The notes under the pieces are model-generated. The model saw nothing but the letters and a program-made list of their open reading frames with translations, had not been told where the DNA came from and searched no databases. Below are positions 39,243 through 53,200 of a stretch of DNA of 64,000 bases, one piece after another. The stretch's first letter is position 1. Every line of letters begins with the position of its first letter. The position numbers and the translations under genes are program-made. Location of the stretch: contig NC_082707.1 in the NCBI RefSeq assembly GCF_030144855.1, positions 145,328,001 through 145,392,000 on the forward strand, given 5' to 3'. Source of the stretch: Hypanus sabinus. Its lineage: Eukaryota.

Positions 39243-39383
39243 TTAACAGGGCATCAAAGGGTATGGGGTGAAGGCAGGGGAGTGGGGATGACTGGTAGAA
39301 TTTGATCAGCCCATGAATGAATGGCAGAGCAGACTCGGTGGGCCGAATGGCCTACTTCAGCTCCTAAATCTTATGGTCTTATA
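39243..39383 (+). mobile_element. CR1 3' UTR fragment
   Basis: ggcatcaaagggtatgggg..aatggcagagcagactcg..ggccgaatggcctac..ctcct..tcttatggtctt. Confidence 0.8.
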
Positions 39384-40166
39384 AATTGTGTGCAAGTTAC
39401 AACACAGGTGACTCCTGTAGTATGACGGGGAAGTGGATCCATTCCTAGAAAATAGGCCCTATTACAATTTTTGGTTATACAAATGAGCTGTGACATACAT
39501 GCATCAAGAAATAAAAGTAGAAAAAAAACTGCGTTGACTGATTAACATTCTCACATAACTTTTGTGAGAGTGAATTTTCTTCTGTATCACAAATTTTTGA
39601 GTACGAGTCGGTAAATTCTATAAGAATGAACGTCTGTTACCCATACAGCCTAAACATGAGATCATCTTTATAAATCTACACATAAAGTATATAAATTATA
39701 ATTTGTATCTGCCAGTCGGACCATTGTATTGACTTCCAGTCCATTCATTCTTCACAAGTGCACTACTCACAAATTAGCCTTGCATGGTTCTTTCAAATCA
39801 TTTTCCTGTAGCTTTGATCACTTTCGGAAGCCCCCTACATTCGGTTTCAATTGCTTTCTCTGTCCAGTGCAGCAGAGTAGTGGTTTTTCCCTCAAAGTCA
39901 GTCTTGCTGCACGAAATGGTTCATACTCATAAAATCATAATATTTCCAACATTACTAAATGCTAGTCTGCAGTTCAGTAATGTCTACAGAAGTACAAATT
40001 CAAATGTGAATTTGGAACAAACAAACTTGTAGTAATTGTATCATAATATTAGACTTTACTTTTGAAAATCTTATTGTATTACTTGAAAGTTGGTCAATAT
40101 ATAGGAATTAACTTGGTTCAAAAAGGTCAGAAGGAATGCTGTGCAGCCAAAAGAACTAATAGAAAT

Positions 40167-41510
40167 ATAAAAAGTATTCACCCCTCCCCCTTGGAAGTTT
40201 TCATGTATTATTGTTTTTCAACATTGAATCACAGTGGATTTAACTTGGCTTTTTTGACATTGATCAACAGAAAAATACTCTTTTGTGTCAAAATGAAAAC
40301 AGATCCCTACAAAGTGATCTAAATTAATTACAAATATAAAACGCAAAATAATTGATTGCGTAAATATTCACCACCTTCAAGTCAGTATTTAGTAGATTTA
40401 ACTTTGGCAGCAATGACAACCTTGAGTCTGTGTGGATAGATCTCTATCAGCTTTGCACCTCTGAACATTGCAATTTTTTCCCATTCTTCAGTACAAACTC
40501 GCTCAAGCTCTGTTTAATTGCAGGGGGATCATGAGTGAACAGTCCTTTTCAAGTCCAGCCACAAATTCTCAATTGTTTTGAGGTCTGGACTCTGACTTTG
40601 CCACTCCAGGACATTAACTTTGATGTTTTTAAGCCATTTCTGTATAAGTGTGACTATATACTTGAGGTCATTGTCTTGCTGAAAAACAAATCTTCTCCGT
40701 AGTTACCATTCTCTTGCAGACTACATCGGGGTTTCCTCTAGGATTTCCCTGTAATTTGCTGCTATCATTTTGCCCTCTACCTTCAAAAGCCTTCTAGATC
40801 CTGCTTCAGTGAAGCATCCCCACCATGCAGCTACCACCATGCTTCATGGTGGGGATGGTGTGTTTTTGATGATGTGTGGTGTTTGGCTTATGCCAAACAT
40901 AGTGTTTAGACTGTTGGCCAAGAAGCTTAATTTTGGCTTCACAGATCCTTCTTCCAACTGACTTCAGTCTCCCACATGCCTTCTGGCAAACTCCAGCTGA
41001 GTTTTTTCAGCAGTGGCTTTCTTTTTGCCACTCTCCCATAAAGCTGTGGCTGGTGAAGCACCTGGGCAACAGTTGTTGTATGTGCTGTCTCGCTCATCTC
41101 AGCCACTGAAGCTTTTAACTCCTCCAGTCCCTTGGTGGCCTCCCTCACTAGTCCACTTACATGGTCACTCAGTTTTTGAGGATGACCTGCTCTAGGCAGA
41201 TTTACAGCTGTGCCATATTCTTTCCATTTCTTGATGATTGACTTTATTGTACTCCAAGTGACTTGGAAATCTTTTTCTATCCATTTCCTGATTTGTGCTT
41301 TTGAATATCTTTTCCTGGAGTTGCTTGGTGTTTTCTTGTGTCTTCCTGGTGTAGTTTTTGCCAGGATACTGACTCAATAGCAGTTGGACAGTCCAGATAC
41401 AGATGTATTTTTCCCACAATCAGTTGAAACACCTTGACTGCACACAGGTGTCTAAAAGCATATCTCCATTTAACTAATTATGTGATTTCTGAAACTAATT
41501 GGCTGCACCA
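40167..41510 (-). mobile_element. Tc1-family DNA transposon remnant
   Basis: TIR-like aaaagtattcacccc at ~40170 with inner repeat aaatattcaccacc at ~40362; minus-strand transposase peptide LKASVAEM..HTTTV..LH..LYGRVAKRKPLLKK; the other TIR is not visible. Confidence 0.9.
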
Positions 41511-42016
41511 ATATACTAATATATATACTAATTCAACTGACTTTAATAAGAAAACTTCAAAATCAAGAATGTGGGATTGTGACAGACCTTGCTACCACTT
41601 TGCTATGTAACTTGCTTTTGAGAAAGGAAAACACTTTGTTAATAATTGCAATATTTTAAATGTACAAGGGATTGAAACAGATGATCATGTATATTCATTA
41701 ACTATTAATGGAACGAGCATATTAGACTATGCCATTATTTTTAGGTTATTGTATTAGTTCTTTTTATGAAGTCTCTTTTAGTTCAATAACCATTTACAAC
41801 AATGTTAGTGATATCATTGGTACATTTGTCTGGCAGTGCCGATACAACATAAAGTCATTTTTTCTGCTGAATGTGTGGCCCCACTTGCGGGCTTCCCCCA
41901 GCACACACTTGGGTGTGTTCATGCAAATGACACATTTTACTGCATGTTTCAATGTACACATGATAAATAAACTTAAATCTTGAATCTAGCTGACATATTG
42001 TTGGTATATTAGTTAT

Positions 42017-42725
42017 AAACAGAAAAGATCCTGCAGATGCTGGCAATCCAGAGAAGCACACACAAAATGCTGGAGGAACTCAGCAGGACAGGCAGCATCC
42101 ATGGAAATGAATAAACTGTCGATGTTTCAGGCGGACACTCTTCATCTGCATTGGGAAAGAAGAGGGAAGGTGGGGGCGGGGGGGAGCAGGGCAGGCTGGA
42201 AGGTGATAGGTGAAGTCAGGCAGGTGGGAGATAGGAATGAAGTAAGAAGCTGGGAGGTGATAATAGAAAAAGCAAAGGACTGGAGAAGAAGAAATCTGAT
42301 AGGAGAGAAAGTGGACGATGAGAGAAAGGGAAGGAGGAGGAGCATTAGGGGGAGGTGATAGGTAGGCAAGGAGAAGAGGTAAGAGACCAGAATGTGGAAA
42401 GGAAGAGGGAAGGGGTAGGGGGAAAATAAATTACTAGAAGTTGAGAAATCTAAGATCACGCCATCAAGTTGGAGGCTACCTAGATGGAATGTGAGGTGTT
42501 GCTTCTTGAATCTGAGTGTGGCCTGATCACGACTGAAGAGGAGGCCATGGAACATATTGGAACAGGAATGAGGATAGGAGGTGAAATGGTTGGCCACTGG
42601 GAAATTCTACTTTTTGTGGATGGAGCAGAGGTGCTTGAAAGTATCCCCCCCCCCCCCAAATCTTACTCTAGGTCCCGCCAATACAGAAGAGGCTGTATCA
42701 GGAGCACTGGATACTGCAACAGATT
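42017..42725 (-). mobile_element. Penelope-like element 3' portion (GIY-YIG C-terminus, 3' UTR/pLTR with hammerhead remnant at 42116-42153)
   Basis: ORF 42142-42597 ANHFTS.PHS..GLL....TLRFKKQHLTFHLGSLQLDG.ILDFS, typical of the end of a PLE GIY-YIG domain; pyrimidine-rich UTR; cagatgaagagtgtccgcctgaaacatcgacag. Confidence 0.85.
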
Positions 42726-44409
42726 GAATATCGTAGGTATTGTACCTCAATAATCATATACTGAAGGTCATTGATTTTACTTTGTCTTCAATCCAAATTA
42801 GCTGTTGATTTTCCACAAAATCTTGATTGCTGCTTGCTAAGCTTTCATCCTGAGAGCAGCACCATTAAATATTTAATTTTAGCTAAAGAAGAATGCCTGG
42901 TTGGTTTAAGTGTTCAGGAAAGAGTGTCTGTAAGAGTGTGATTAACATATCACACAACCAAGTTAAGTACACTGTATACGTGGACTTTTCTAACACAAAA
43001 ACTAGTAAAATCATGCTACATTATTTTGTGCTGTGGGAAAATATTCTTTGGTTATTTAAAATAGTAAGTCAAAATGTTTTGGCTGTTTATTGTCAAAGTT
43101 CAAATATCAGAAAGCTTGGTACAGTTATTTCAACACATTTAACTCTCAAGGAGTAAGAAAGACATCTAGCAAACATTTAATTCTGTATCATGGAATTTAC
43201 TGTGGCTTTTCTGTGGAAGTGAATTAATAAGTGTGCAAATACAAGCTTGTTGAAGTAGTGTATCATTAAGTATAAGATACTGCCTTCATTAAGAGTGAAA
43301 ATGCATTTGCTATTTTAGTAGAAACTGAAATTGTGTGTTTTAAAAAAAAAAATAAGAAAGTCTCCAAAAGATGCTTGAAGCACAAACTTCAACCAAATGC
43401 ACAGGTACCTAGAAAATAAAGATGTTTTTACACCTGTAATGCTACAAGGAGTTAATGCTACAAGATGAACTCTGATCTTAGAACCAGTGTTCTTCTTCAA
43501 TAGGAATGGGATGGCACAGAGACAAATATCGCAAGCACTAACTTACCAGTCAGGATATGCCCTCTACTATTCTCAAGCAGGTCAAAGTTCATGTATTAAA
43601 CATTTTAGTCTGAATTGAACAAGAACATCAGCGAGGCATGTCAAACTGATGTCTATTTACATTACTGGCAAATTTGTTGGTATCCTTTTAAATGCCCTAC
43701 TTGCAACAACATCTGCCAAGCTTAGCAATTGGATTGCCAAAAGGATCACATTTCTGGGAAAAAATGGATTATTTACATGTTATAAATAAAATCAACTGAT
43801 TAAAACACTGAATATGTTGCACCAGCTTAGAAAATAGAAGAAACTCTTACAAACAAAAATTTATTTTCCAACTGCAAAGAGTATTCTCTCACATAGTAAT
43901 TAAAATGTATTTCAGAAAATCTACACTTCCATGCTTTAATTGATTTTGCTACTGTGTCTCTTCTTTTACCTAGTTCTCCATTTTGAAACCTTTGTAATTT
44001 GGATTGCTAGCAAATATATTTTGTGCCTGTATTTACTACAAACATACTTGATGCCCTGGGTGTCACAGGGAAGCGTTCAAATGCAATGCAAAGGTTGAGC
44101 TGCCAGTAGTGCCCTTGTAATCTGCTTGTAGAATGGCATCTCCTTTCAATCTGTTATTGGTACCTATCTGGATCATGACCTCTGCTTCTACACTCTTCTG
44201 CCTCAGAATGTTGTGTCATTGCTTAGCTACATCCTTGACCCCTGTACATCAAGGAATTTCATTGATTGCATTTAAATTCTGCTGTTGCCATTGAAGGATT
44301 TGACCTTTTATCACCAGATCAATAGTGCAGGCATCTGCATGCCAGCCCTGGAATTTAGCCACCGTTCTGTTGTATTCCTGCAATATGTAGAGCAGTGAGT
44401 ATGCTCACA

Positions 44410-44965
44410 ATAACTGCAGGTCCAATTTACTTACAAATCATCTCAGAGTCAACTCTTACAGCCACCACGGAGGAAGACCCAGAATCTGAGATTGTTTCAC
44501 AGCCACAAGTCTCATCTGCCAAGCAGAGTAACCTCATTTGTCAGGAAAGATGTTATCCCATGAGAGTAAGAAATCCTCCACAGTGATTAAACCTTTAGGC
44601 CTGAAAAGGACCATTTAAAAATTACTATGCTGTGGATGTGTATAAAGTAGCTGCTTATATAATGTACTGTAAACATAGTATATGTATACAAGTTCTATAG
44701 TGAGTTGGAGTTTACAGCTAAGCAGGGAGGAGTGTTGTACATTTAATGTCAGTTGTAATTGAGCAATATTGTAAATATATTGTTTAAGTGTTCTGTTGTT
44801 TAAATAATTCATTGTGGTTATATGTACAAAATATGTGAATTGCATATGTCATGATGCTACCATGTGATATGGTGCCTCTCTTAAAAGAAAAATGAAGTTA
44901 GACTTGCATTCTTGGCTGTCTTATTTTTCTTTCAGTTAGTATTTATGTTTTAGATTTACAAAACT
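44410..44965 (+). mobile_element. Gypsy 3' fragment (pol tail, PPT, LTR from 44733)
   Basis: ERCYPMRVRNPPQ*LNL (typical RYPxRxRxPPxRL pol tail); PPT aagcagggaggag followed by tgttgt; LTR related to 33793-34019. Confidence 0.75.
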
Positions 44966-46320
44966 TAGTTTGCAATTAACATGGAGCCTCCTGTGTAACA
45001 GCTTTATCTACTGGGTTATTAATCACCTTAAAATACCTTAGAGTTCCCAAAGGCCAGGGGATACATCTGTGAGCTCTCATAGGAGGTGGCAGTGATTCTA
45101 CTTTCCAACTAAAAGAGCTGTTGTCAGTTTCAAAATTTACAGTATAAATTTCTTTTCTGAAAACTAACATTAACATTTTTAATAACTAACACAGTATATG
45201 TGCAGAATAGTTGAGAATTTGAAGATTGAGTATCATCTTGTTTATGTTTAGCATGTGACTTTTATAGGCAGTAAAGGGCAAAGTAATGACATTTTGGAAG
45301 GAAGGCGAGCCTGCTTCCACTTCTTATCGTTTACAGGTGTCACTTTTAGATATCTTGTCATACTTGTGTAAATCTTCATTTTAGTTTGACTGGAATTCAT
45401 CATTAGCCATTATTAGTAGGGCAACAGAAAACTAGCTTTGCTAACTTTTTTCATACTTAGTTGAAATATTGCATTACTAACAAATCCAGCTTTTATTACT
45501 GCTCCATTATTGGCTTTGAAAAGACGATACTGAGTATTTTTCGTGAATCATTGTCAGGAAGATTGTCAAAGGTACATTTACACAGTGCTATTGGGTGTGG
45601 CATTTCAGAATTTTGATGGTATTTTCAAGTCTGATTGGTGTTTGTTTGGTGTGTCTTGAAGGTGATAATGTTCACATGCACTTGTTTCCCCATCCTTTTT
45701 GGTTTTGGTGTGTAATGATACTGAAAAAGCCTTGGCACATTGGTCCTGAACATTGTGTGGAAAATGGAATGTGCTATGACAATGTATGCAAAGTTATGCA
45801 AAGAGTTGTTTTAGTTAATTTTGGTACAAAAATTCATAATGTATATTTTTATAGTTTGGAGATGTGTGGATGGGTTTGGAAAGAGGATCCTATATACTTC
45901 TGAATACAAAGCACTGATCATTGGATGAGATTGATGTTGAAAGGAAGAGTACATTGCTCCAGCCTGATATGGACCCATTTTTTTCCAATTCTGTGATTTC
46001 AAAGTGACAGTCTATTTTCAGCCCATGATTACACACTTTCTTCAATACATTGGGATCTTAATTTATGCACTTTGGAACTTTGTTGAATACATTTCAAAAA
46101 TTGTAATATACCACACTGACATTTCCCCTTTCTCAAAACTCCCTGTCACATTTTCCAAGAATATGAACAATTTGTCAAGCATGATTTATCTTTCGTAAGA
46201 TCATGTTGACTAGGTTTCATCATATTATGCTTTCCTAAATGCTTTGTTATTTTATCTTTAATTATTAACTTTGGCATCTTGCCAGCAATAGATATTAAAC
46301 TAACCTATATTAATACTTAA

Positions 46321-46423
46321 GCAAAAGTGATTCTGCAGTTGCTGGAAATCCAGAATAACAGACACAAAATGCTTGAGGAGCTCAGAAGGTCAGACAGCAG
46401 CTATGGGAATGAAAAAAAAGTCA
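46321..46423 (-). mobile_element. Penelope 3'-end fragment
   Basis: tctgcagttgctggaaatccag..acacaaaatgcttgaggagctcag. Confidence 0.7.
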
Positions 46424-46564
46424 AGTTAATACTTTCCTGCATTCTGTCTGCCTCTCTTTTTGAACATGGAGTCACTTTTGTTGTTATCCAGTATTCTAGT
46501 ACCCTCCCTGAATTTAGAAAGTTCTTCCCTTTCAACAAATGGGTCCACTGTCCCAGTATCCATT

Positions 46565-47655
46565 TCTTTTAAGGTAAGATAAGGTGGCAAAATTGCTCAC
46601 ATTACTGCAAGGGCAGTTTAACGAATGCCTTATAAAGACTCAGCATTATATCCTTGTTCTTATATTCTAGTTCTCTTGATAAGAATGCTCTCCTGACCAC
46701 CGACTAAACCTGCAAGCTAATCTTTAGGTAATCCTGTATGAGATCTTCCAAGTCCCTTTGTGCATCTGATTTTGAATTTTCTACCTTTAGAAAATTGCCT
46801 ATGCCTTTATTCCTTCTACCAAAGTGCATGACCATACACTTCCCTACACTGTATTCCATCTGCCACTTCTTTACCCATTCTCCCAATCTATCCACGTCTT
46901 TCTGCGGGCATCCTACTTCCTTAATGCTGTCTGCTCCTCCACCTATCTTTGTATCTTCACAAACTTGGCCACAAAGCCAGAATTCTGTCATCCAAATCAT
47001 CGACATATAATGTGAAAAGCAACGGTCCCAATACCAACCACTGTGGAACAACACTAGTCACTAGCAGCCAACCAGAGCACCTTACAGTCCCACTCTTTGC
47101 CTCCTGCCAGTCAGCAAATCTTCTATCCATGCTGGTAGCTTTCCTGTGATATCATGGCCTTGTATCTTGTAAAGCAGCCCTCATATTCAGCCTTGTCAAA
47201 CATCTTCTGAAAATCCAAGTAAGAAACATTCACTGAGCCTCTTGTCTAACCTGCCTGTTATTTCCTCAAAGAATTCCAACAAATTTGTCAGGTAAGATTG
47301 TCTCTTGAGAAAATCATGCTGACTTCAGCCTGTTTCATCATGTGCCTCCAAGAACCCCAAAACTTCATCCTTAATAATGGACTCCAACACCTTCCCAACC
47401 ATCCAAAATCAAGCTAAATTGCCTATAGTTTCCTTTCTTCTGTCTCCCTCCCTTCTTAAAAAGAGGAGTAACATTTGCAATTTTCCAGTCCTCCAAGACC
47501 ATTCCAGAATCTAGGGATTCTTGAAAGGTTATTACTAATGTCTCCAAAATTTCTTCAGCCACCTCTTTCAGAACCCTGGGTGCAACTGGTCCAGGTGACT
47601 TAGGTACCTTCACCTTTCAGCTTCTCAAACATCTTCTCCTTAGTAATAGCAATTT
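46565..47655 (-). mobile_element. CR1 RT fragment
   Basis: KSPGP..PRVLKEVAEEI..EDWKIANVTPLFKKG; LGEWVKKWQMEYSVGKCMVMHFG. Confidence 0.9.
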
Positions 47656-47784
47656 CCAAAGATGAGCAAAACAAGATCCTATGGCCTTATTTGAAGAAGA
47701 GAGAGGAAGCTCCCTTCATGTTCTAGCCACCATTTATTCATCCACTAACATTTCTAAGATAAATTATCTTGTCATTGACATATA

Positions 47785-48100
47785 ATAGGCTGTTCAATAA
47801 AGTAAAACCCTAAGAGATCCAAGGAAAACTGGCAGATTGGATCAACATTGGTTCAGTAACGGGAAGTAAATGGTAATGTGTGCTTTTGTAGCTAGGAAGC
47901 TGTTACCCTTGGGGTTCCAGAGCCACCAGTCCCTTGCTTTTTATAGTATTAATGATTTTGAATTAAATATGAGGAGTGTGATAAAGAGGTCAGCAGATGA
48001 TTCAAAGATCTCTGGTTTACAGTAAAGAAGAAAGCTTTAGGCTACAGGAAGCTATAAATAGTCTGCTCAACTGCACAAAGTGAAAAATTGAAGTTAATCT
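47785..48100 (+). mobile_element. Old CR1 RT fragment
   Basis: Degenerate I.GKLADWI..W.S; VTLGVP; ADDSKI. Confidence 0.55.
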
Positions 48101-48139
48101 GGGGTGGGGGGGGGCAGGGGTATCAACGGAGGTCTGTGA

Positions 48140-50240
48140 GTTCAACTGACTGTCCCTAATCAGTCCGTGGCTATCCAAATACTCATTTATCTGGTCACTG
48201 AGAATTCCTTTCAATAATTTTCCCCACTGCTGTTTTCAGGCTTACTGGCCTATAACTTCCTGGTTTATTTCTAGAGCCTTTCTTAATCAGTGGAACAATC
48301 CAACCCTCTGGCACCTTACCTTTCGCAAAGGATAGTTTAAATATCTCTGCTAGGGCTCTGAAGTTTCTACCCTTTCCTCGTGCAGGGTCCAAGGAACACC
48401 TTGTTAGCCCCTGGGGATTTATCTATCCTAATTTACCTCAGGACAGTAAATACCTCCTCCTCTGTAATCTGTAGGGTCGATGCTGCTTTGCCTCATTTCT
48501 ATAGACTCTGTGCCCATTTCCTGACTATATACAGATGCAAAAAATCAGTTTAAGACCACCCTCATTTCTTTTGGCCCCACGCATAGATTACCATTCTGAT
48601 CTTCCAGAGGACCAATTTTGTCCCTTTAAACCTTTTGCTCCGAACACATCTGTAGAATCCCTTGGGATTCTCCTTCACCTTGTCTGCTAGGGGCAACTTC
48701 ATGCCTTCTTTTAGCCCTCCTGATTTCTTTCTTTAGTGTTCCCTTGCATTTCTTATACTTCATTTATTCCTACCTTCCTATACCTGCTGTGTACCCCTTT
48801 TTTCCTTAACCAGGACCTTGAAATCTCTTGAAAACCAAGGTTTCCTACACTTGTTATCTTAACCTTTTATTCTGACAAGCACATAAAAGCTAGGTGTTCT
48901 CAAAATTTCATTTCTGAAGGCCTCCGTCTTACCAAGGACACTTTTGCCAAAAAGCAGCCTGTCCCAATCTACACTTGCCAGGTCCTTTCTGAGACCATCA
49001 AAATTGGCCTTTCTCCAATTTAGAATTTTAACCCACAGACTAGACTTATCTTTTTCCATATCTACTTTGAAACTAATGGCATTATGATCACTAGATGCAA
49101 AATGTTCCCCTACATAAATTTCTGTCACCTGCCCTCTCTTTCACTAATAGCAGATCAAGTATCACATGCTCTCTCGCTGGGATTTCTATGTACTGAGTAA
49201 GGAAATTTCCTGAACACATTTGACAAACTCTATCCCATTTAGTCTTTTTACAATATGGGAGTTCCAGTCAATATGTGGAAAGTTAAAATCACCTAGTATG
49301 ACAACCTTATGTTTCTTATAAAAAGCCTGTGATCTTTTTACAACTTTGTTCTCCTAAACCCTGTGGACTGCAGAGTGGTCAGTAATATAGCCCCATTAAT
49401 GTTGTTATACCTTTCTTATTCCTCATTTCCACTCATAGCACCTCACTAGATGTGTTCTCCAGTCTGTCATCCCTCTTTATTTAATCCCTTCCAAACCTGT
49501 TATATCTAAAACAACAGAAGCCCGGAATATTGAGCTGCCAGTTCTGCTCCTCCTGCAACCAGGTCTCACTAATGGTTACTATATCATAATTCCACGTGTT
49601 GATCCATGCTGCGCACTCATCTGCTTTTTCTATGATGCTTCTTGCATTGAAGCAGACACAGCTCAGGACATTATTCATCTTATGTTCAACGTATTGATTC
49701 CTGACGTTGTCTGAGGTCTTAACAACATGTGTCTCCACAGCTTTTCCATTGTCTGTTTGGACACTCTGGTTCCCTGCAACTCTCGTTTAAACACCCCTAT
49801 GCAGCACTAGCAAACCTTTTCAGCAGGATATTAGTCACTCTCCAGTTTGGGTGCAGACAATCTCTTCTGTAAATGTCCCAATCCTGAGATCACAACCCTG
49901 GAGGTCCAGCCCTTTTACTTAACACATCACTCCCTGAACTCTCTTTGCAGAACCTTGTCACTATTCTTACCTATGTCATTGGTACCTACATGGACCACGA
50001 CCTCTGGTTGTTCGCCCTCCCACATAAGCATGCTGAGGACTAAATCCGAGATGTCCCAGACTCTGGCACCCGGGAGGCAACATACCATCCGGGAATCTCA
50101 TTCTTGCTCACAGCAGCTCCTTTCTGTTCCCCCCAACTAAAAAATCCCCTATCACCATTGCTTGCCTCTTCTCCCCTTTCCCTTCTAAAACAGAGAGCCA
50201 GACTCTGCCAAAGACCTGATGTCTGTGGCTTTCCTCTGCT
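48140..50240 (-). mobile_element. CR1 5' portion (ORF1 remnant, endonuclease, start of RT)
   Basis: VLSCVCFNARSI..YDIVTISETWL..LNIPGF; SSDHNAISF; PGSYRPVSL; ORF1-like segment 49870-50140 homologous to 38010-38215. Confidence 0.9.
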
Positions 50241-53200
50241 AAGTCATCAGTATTCAAAGTGGTACATCTGTTGTTATAGCACTTCGAAAAGGTCCTTGAC
50301 AGTGTGGAGAATTGTGCCCGTGATGTAGCTGGCTGAGTCTATAACCCTGGGTTGCCTCCTGCAGTCCTGTGCACTGGAACCTCCATCCCAAGCAGATCAC
50401 ATTTCAGAAGTATTTAATTGATTGTCATACGTTTTTGAATGTACAAAAATCATAGTCACTGCTTAAGTGATTGACCTTTCTTACTTGCATTCTAACTTAA
50501 TGTTAGGGAAAAGAAATTCTAAGTGGCAATATGTTATTTTATTTTCTGTTGCTGAAATAGAAATAAATACTTGCTTTTAATTTCGACACACACCAGGTGC
50601 TCGTATCAGGGACATGCAGTCCAACAATAGAATTTGCATTGTGTAATCACATTCAAATCCTTGTCTTAAATTCAATACAAATTGTTGTTCTTTGTCTAGG
50701 TCGGTATAACCAACAGGAAAAGGCATCAGAACATAGAAATGTGGTTCATTTTTTGGCTTTCCTTCCGATACCAAGATGATTTTGTGTTTCCCAAAGCTTT
50801 TTGTCTCATGTTCCCAGTTATTTTCCTGAATCACTTCCCAGCAAATCAGTTGAACACTGAATAATCTTCCTGTTTTCCCCAGCATGCTTCCAAACATTCC
50901 ACAACAATTTGCAGATAGAATGAAGGACCTTCTGCAGCAAATGCCGATGCTGATGAGGTCATCACAACTTGGCCATCTGAAGCCATTGAATCAGATCTCT
51001 TACATAGAGGTGATATTTTCCAGTGATTAAAGTGATAAGAGCACTAGACCAGGCCTTTCCAACCTGGTGCCACCTACAGTTTTTCCATTCCCATACTTGC
51101 TTTGCAGCTCAAGCAACCTGCAATTGAGTTGTATAGTCTGAATTGCAAATTTTTGAAACTGTATCAACTTCAACTGTAAAAATTGTGAAGGATTTTTATA
51201 AGACTATTTTACTAAGTTGGGAAATAAACAATTAAAGTCTGTCAATAATTAAAACATTCAAAAAAGACAATGAAAGTTGAATTCTCCTTATTGAAATTGA
51301 TTGGGACCGTGATAACATTAAAGCAGGAACCATGAGGCAATTCCCAAGCCTAAATACTATGGCACTGTTACTAAACTGAATTATGGGGTACTGGAAACAC
51401 AACACCAGCTGTCATTAAGTAAATTTTCATTTCCCTAGTTTACAATGCATGAGTACCCTAGACTTGCTGCTGTTTAAGGGGCTTAATGTTGGTAGTCCTG
51501 TTCAGAAGTGACGCCATTTTCAGATAAACTGTAATGTATGCATTTTAAAACTCATGTCAAGCAGTATTGATTCTAATTCCTTGAGCTTCGAGCAACATTT
51601 TGTGGGATATCCAGTGGTTTATTATGTGTATTTTTTTAATGACTAAAGCTAAATGAGACTATATTTTTAAGTGAGATGAATTACAATGACGATCTGAGAA
51701 GCTGCTGCTAGTTTCTAATGTAGGCATCATATCATTGGCCATTTCCATCAATACTCTTGCAAATTGTCACATCCATTAATCATGGAGATGTCATTGGCAT
51801 GCATCAATATTTAAACCTGCTAGTGTAAAGCAGATTATTGATGTGGTCTGTTTAAAAGGATGTTGCAATTCTTATTTGTGAAGCTAAAATTATCTTCTGA
51901 TGGGTATGTGGGCATAATTGCCCTATATAGATTGCAATGTGCTAATGCAGTGTAGAAAAGGTCTCCTGCTGATCTACTCAATAACAGTAAGCAGTATTTT
52001 GTCAAAATAATTTTCACAAATATTGCCTCAACACTATTCTAAATGTACTTTGATAAAAAAATAATTGGAAGATTTGTTATAATTTAAAATTTAAATGAGC
52101 TGATGATTTGTGTGGAACTGGTATGTGTAATTAGAATTCAACCCTTTCTAGGAAGGATTTACGTAAGTGTAATTTTATGGGTGGGGAAATTGTTCATTTT
52201 AAAAAATTTTTTGTTCCTGTGTCTTAAAGTTCAATGAAACTTGTACCTCTGGAAATCAAGGATGAGTGAATGGATTGTGCCTGATTTATTCTATTAGGGA
52301 GATTGTCCTTTGATCTGATTGCTTTGATATTATCATCTGAATTTAATTATTTCTTCAATCCAGAACTTTCAGCTGTTTCCACTGAAATAAATAAATTGCA
52401 GCACTTCTGTCTTTCAAGTGAATCAGGCTTAACTTACTTTGGGGGGAAAAGATTCAAATGAAAATTCTGCATTGAAAACGAGCAGCAGTATGGCAAACAC
52501 AAAGCATTTCCATCTTGGGAAAAATATTGGACAGAAAGATCAAAGCAACCACATCAAAAGTGTTGCCCCCTCCCCAACTCATTCACTGCTACAGACACCA
52601 TTTAACATTGCCTGCACTCTAGTTCCTTTTCCTATGAAGATTGCATCTTTATTGCAGCTGTTCAGTGAGGATTCCAGCTGCAACAACCAATCTTGCAATG
52701 ACAAAGAGAAATGAATAAATTACGAATGTAAAATGGATCTAATTATTTTTGGTGCTTCCACCCTTTCTGAAAATAATATTACCCTCCCAAATGCTTTCAG
52801 GCCTTCTTGGATGTTCCAATTAGGAAGTGAAGTGAATTTTGCACTACAACATGAATCCTTGCCGCAGTTTATTTAACATAGCTAAAAACATGCAGTGGCT
52901 TTGGATTTTTATTATGAGTAAGTCGTAACATTTTTGACAACTTGTATTTTTTTAAACTGGCAATTGATAAAAGGCAAAGTTATCCATTTATCTACCATAC
53001 GTGGAGATGCAGTAAAGCTGTCAGTGCAAATCTTATCACACAGGGCTTCATTTGTTTTCTGCAGTGATTTATGATGGCTTTGAAAAGGTCTGGTGATCCC
53101 ATAGGCTAGCTTGATTCTCCAAACTCTTTCAGTCGATGGATTTAATTCTTGACACATTTGATAGTGTTCTGAGTGGTTTTGATAAATCAATTCTCCCATT

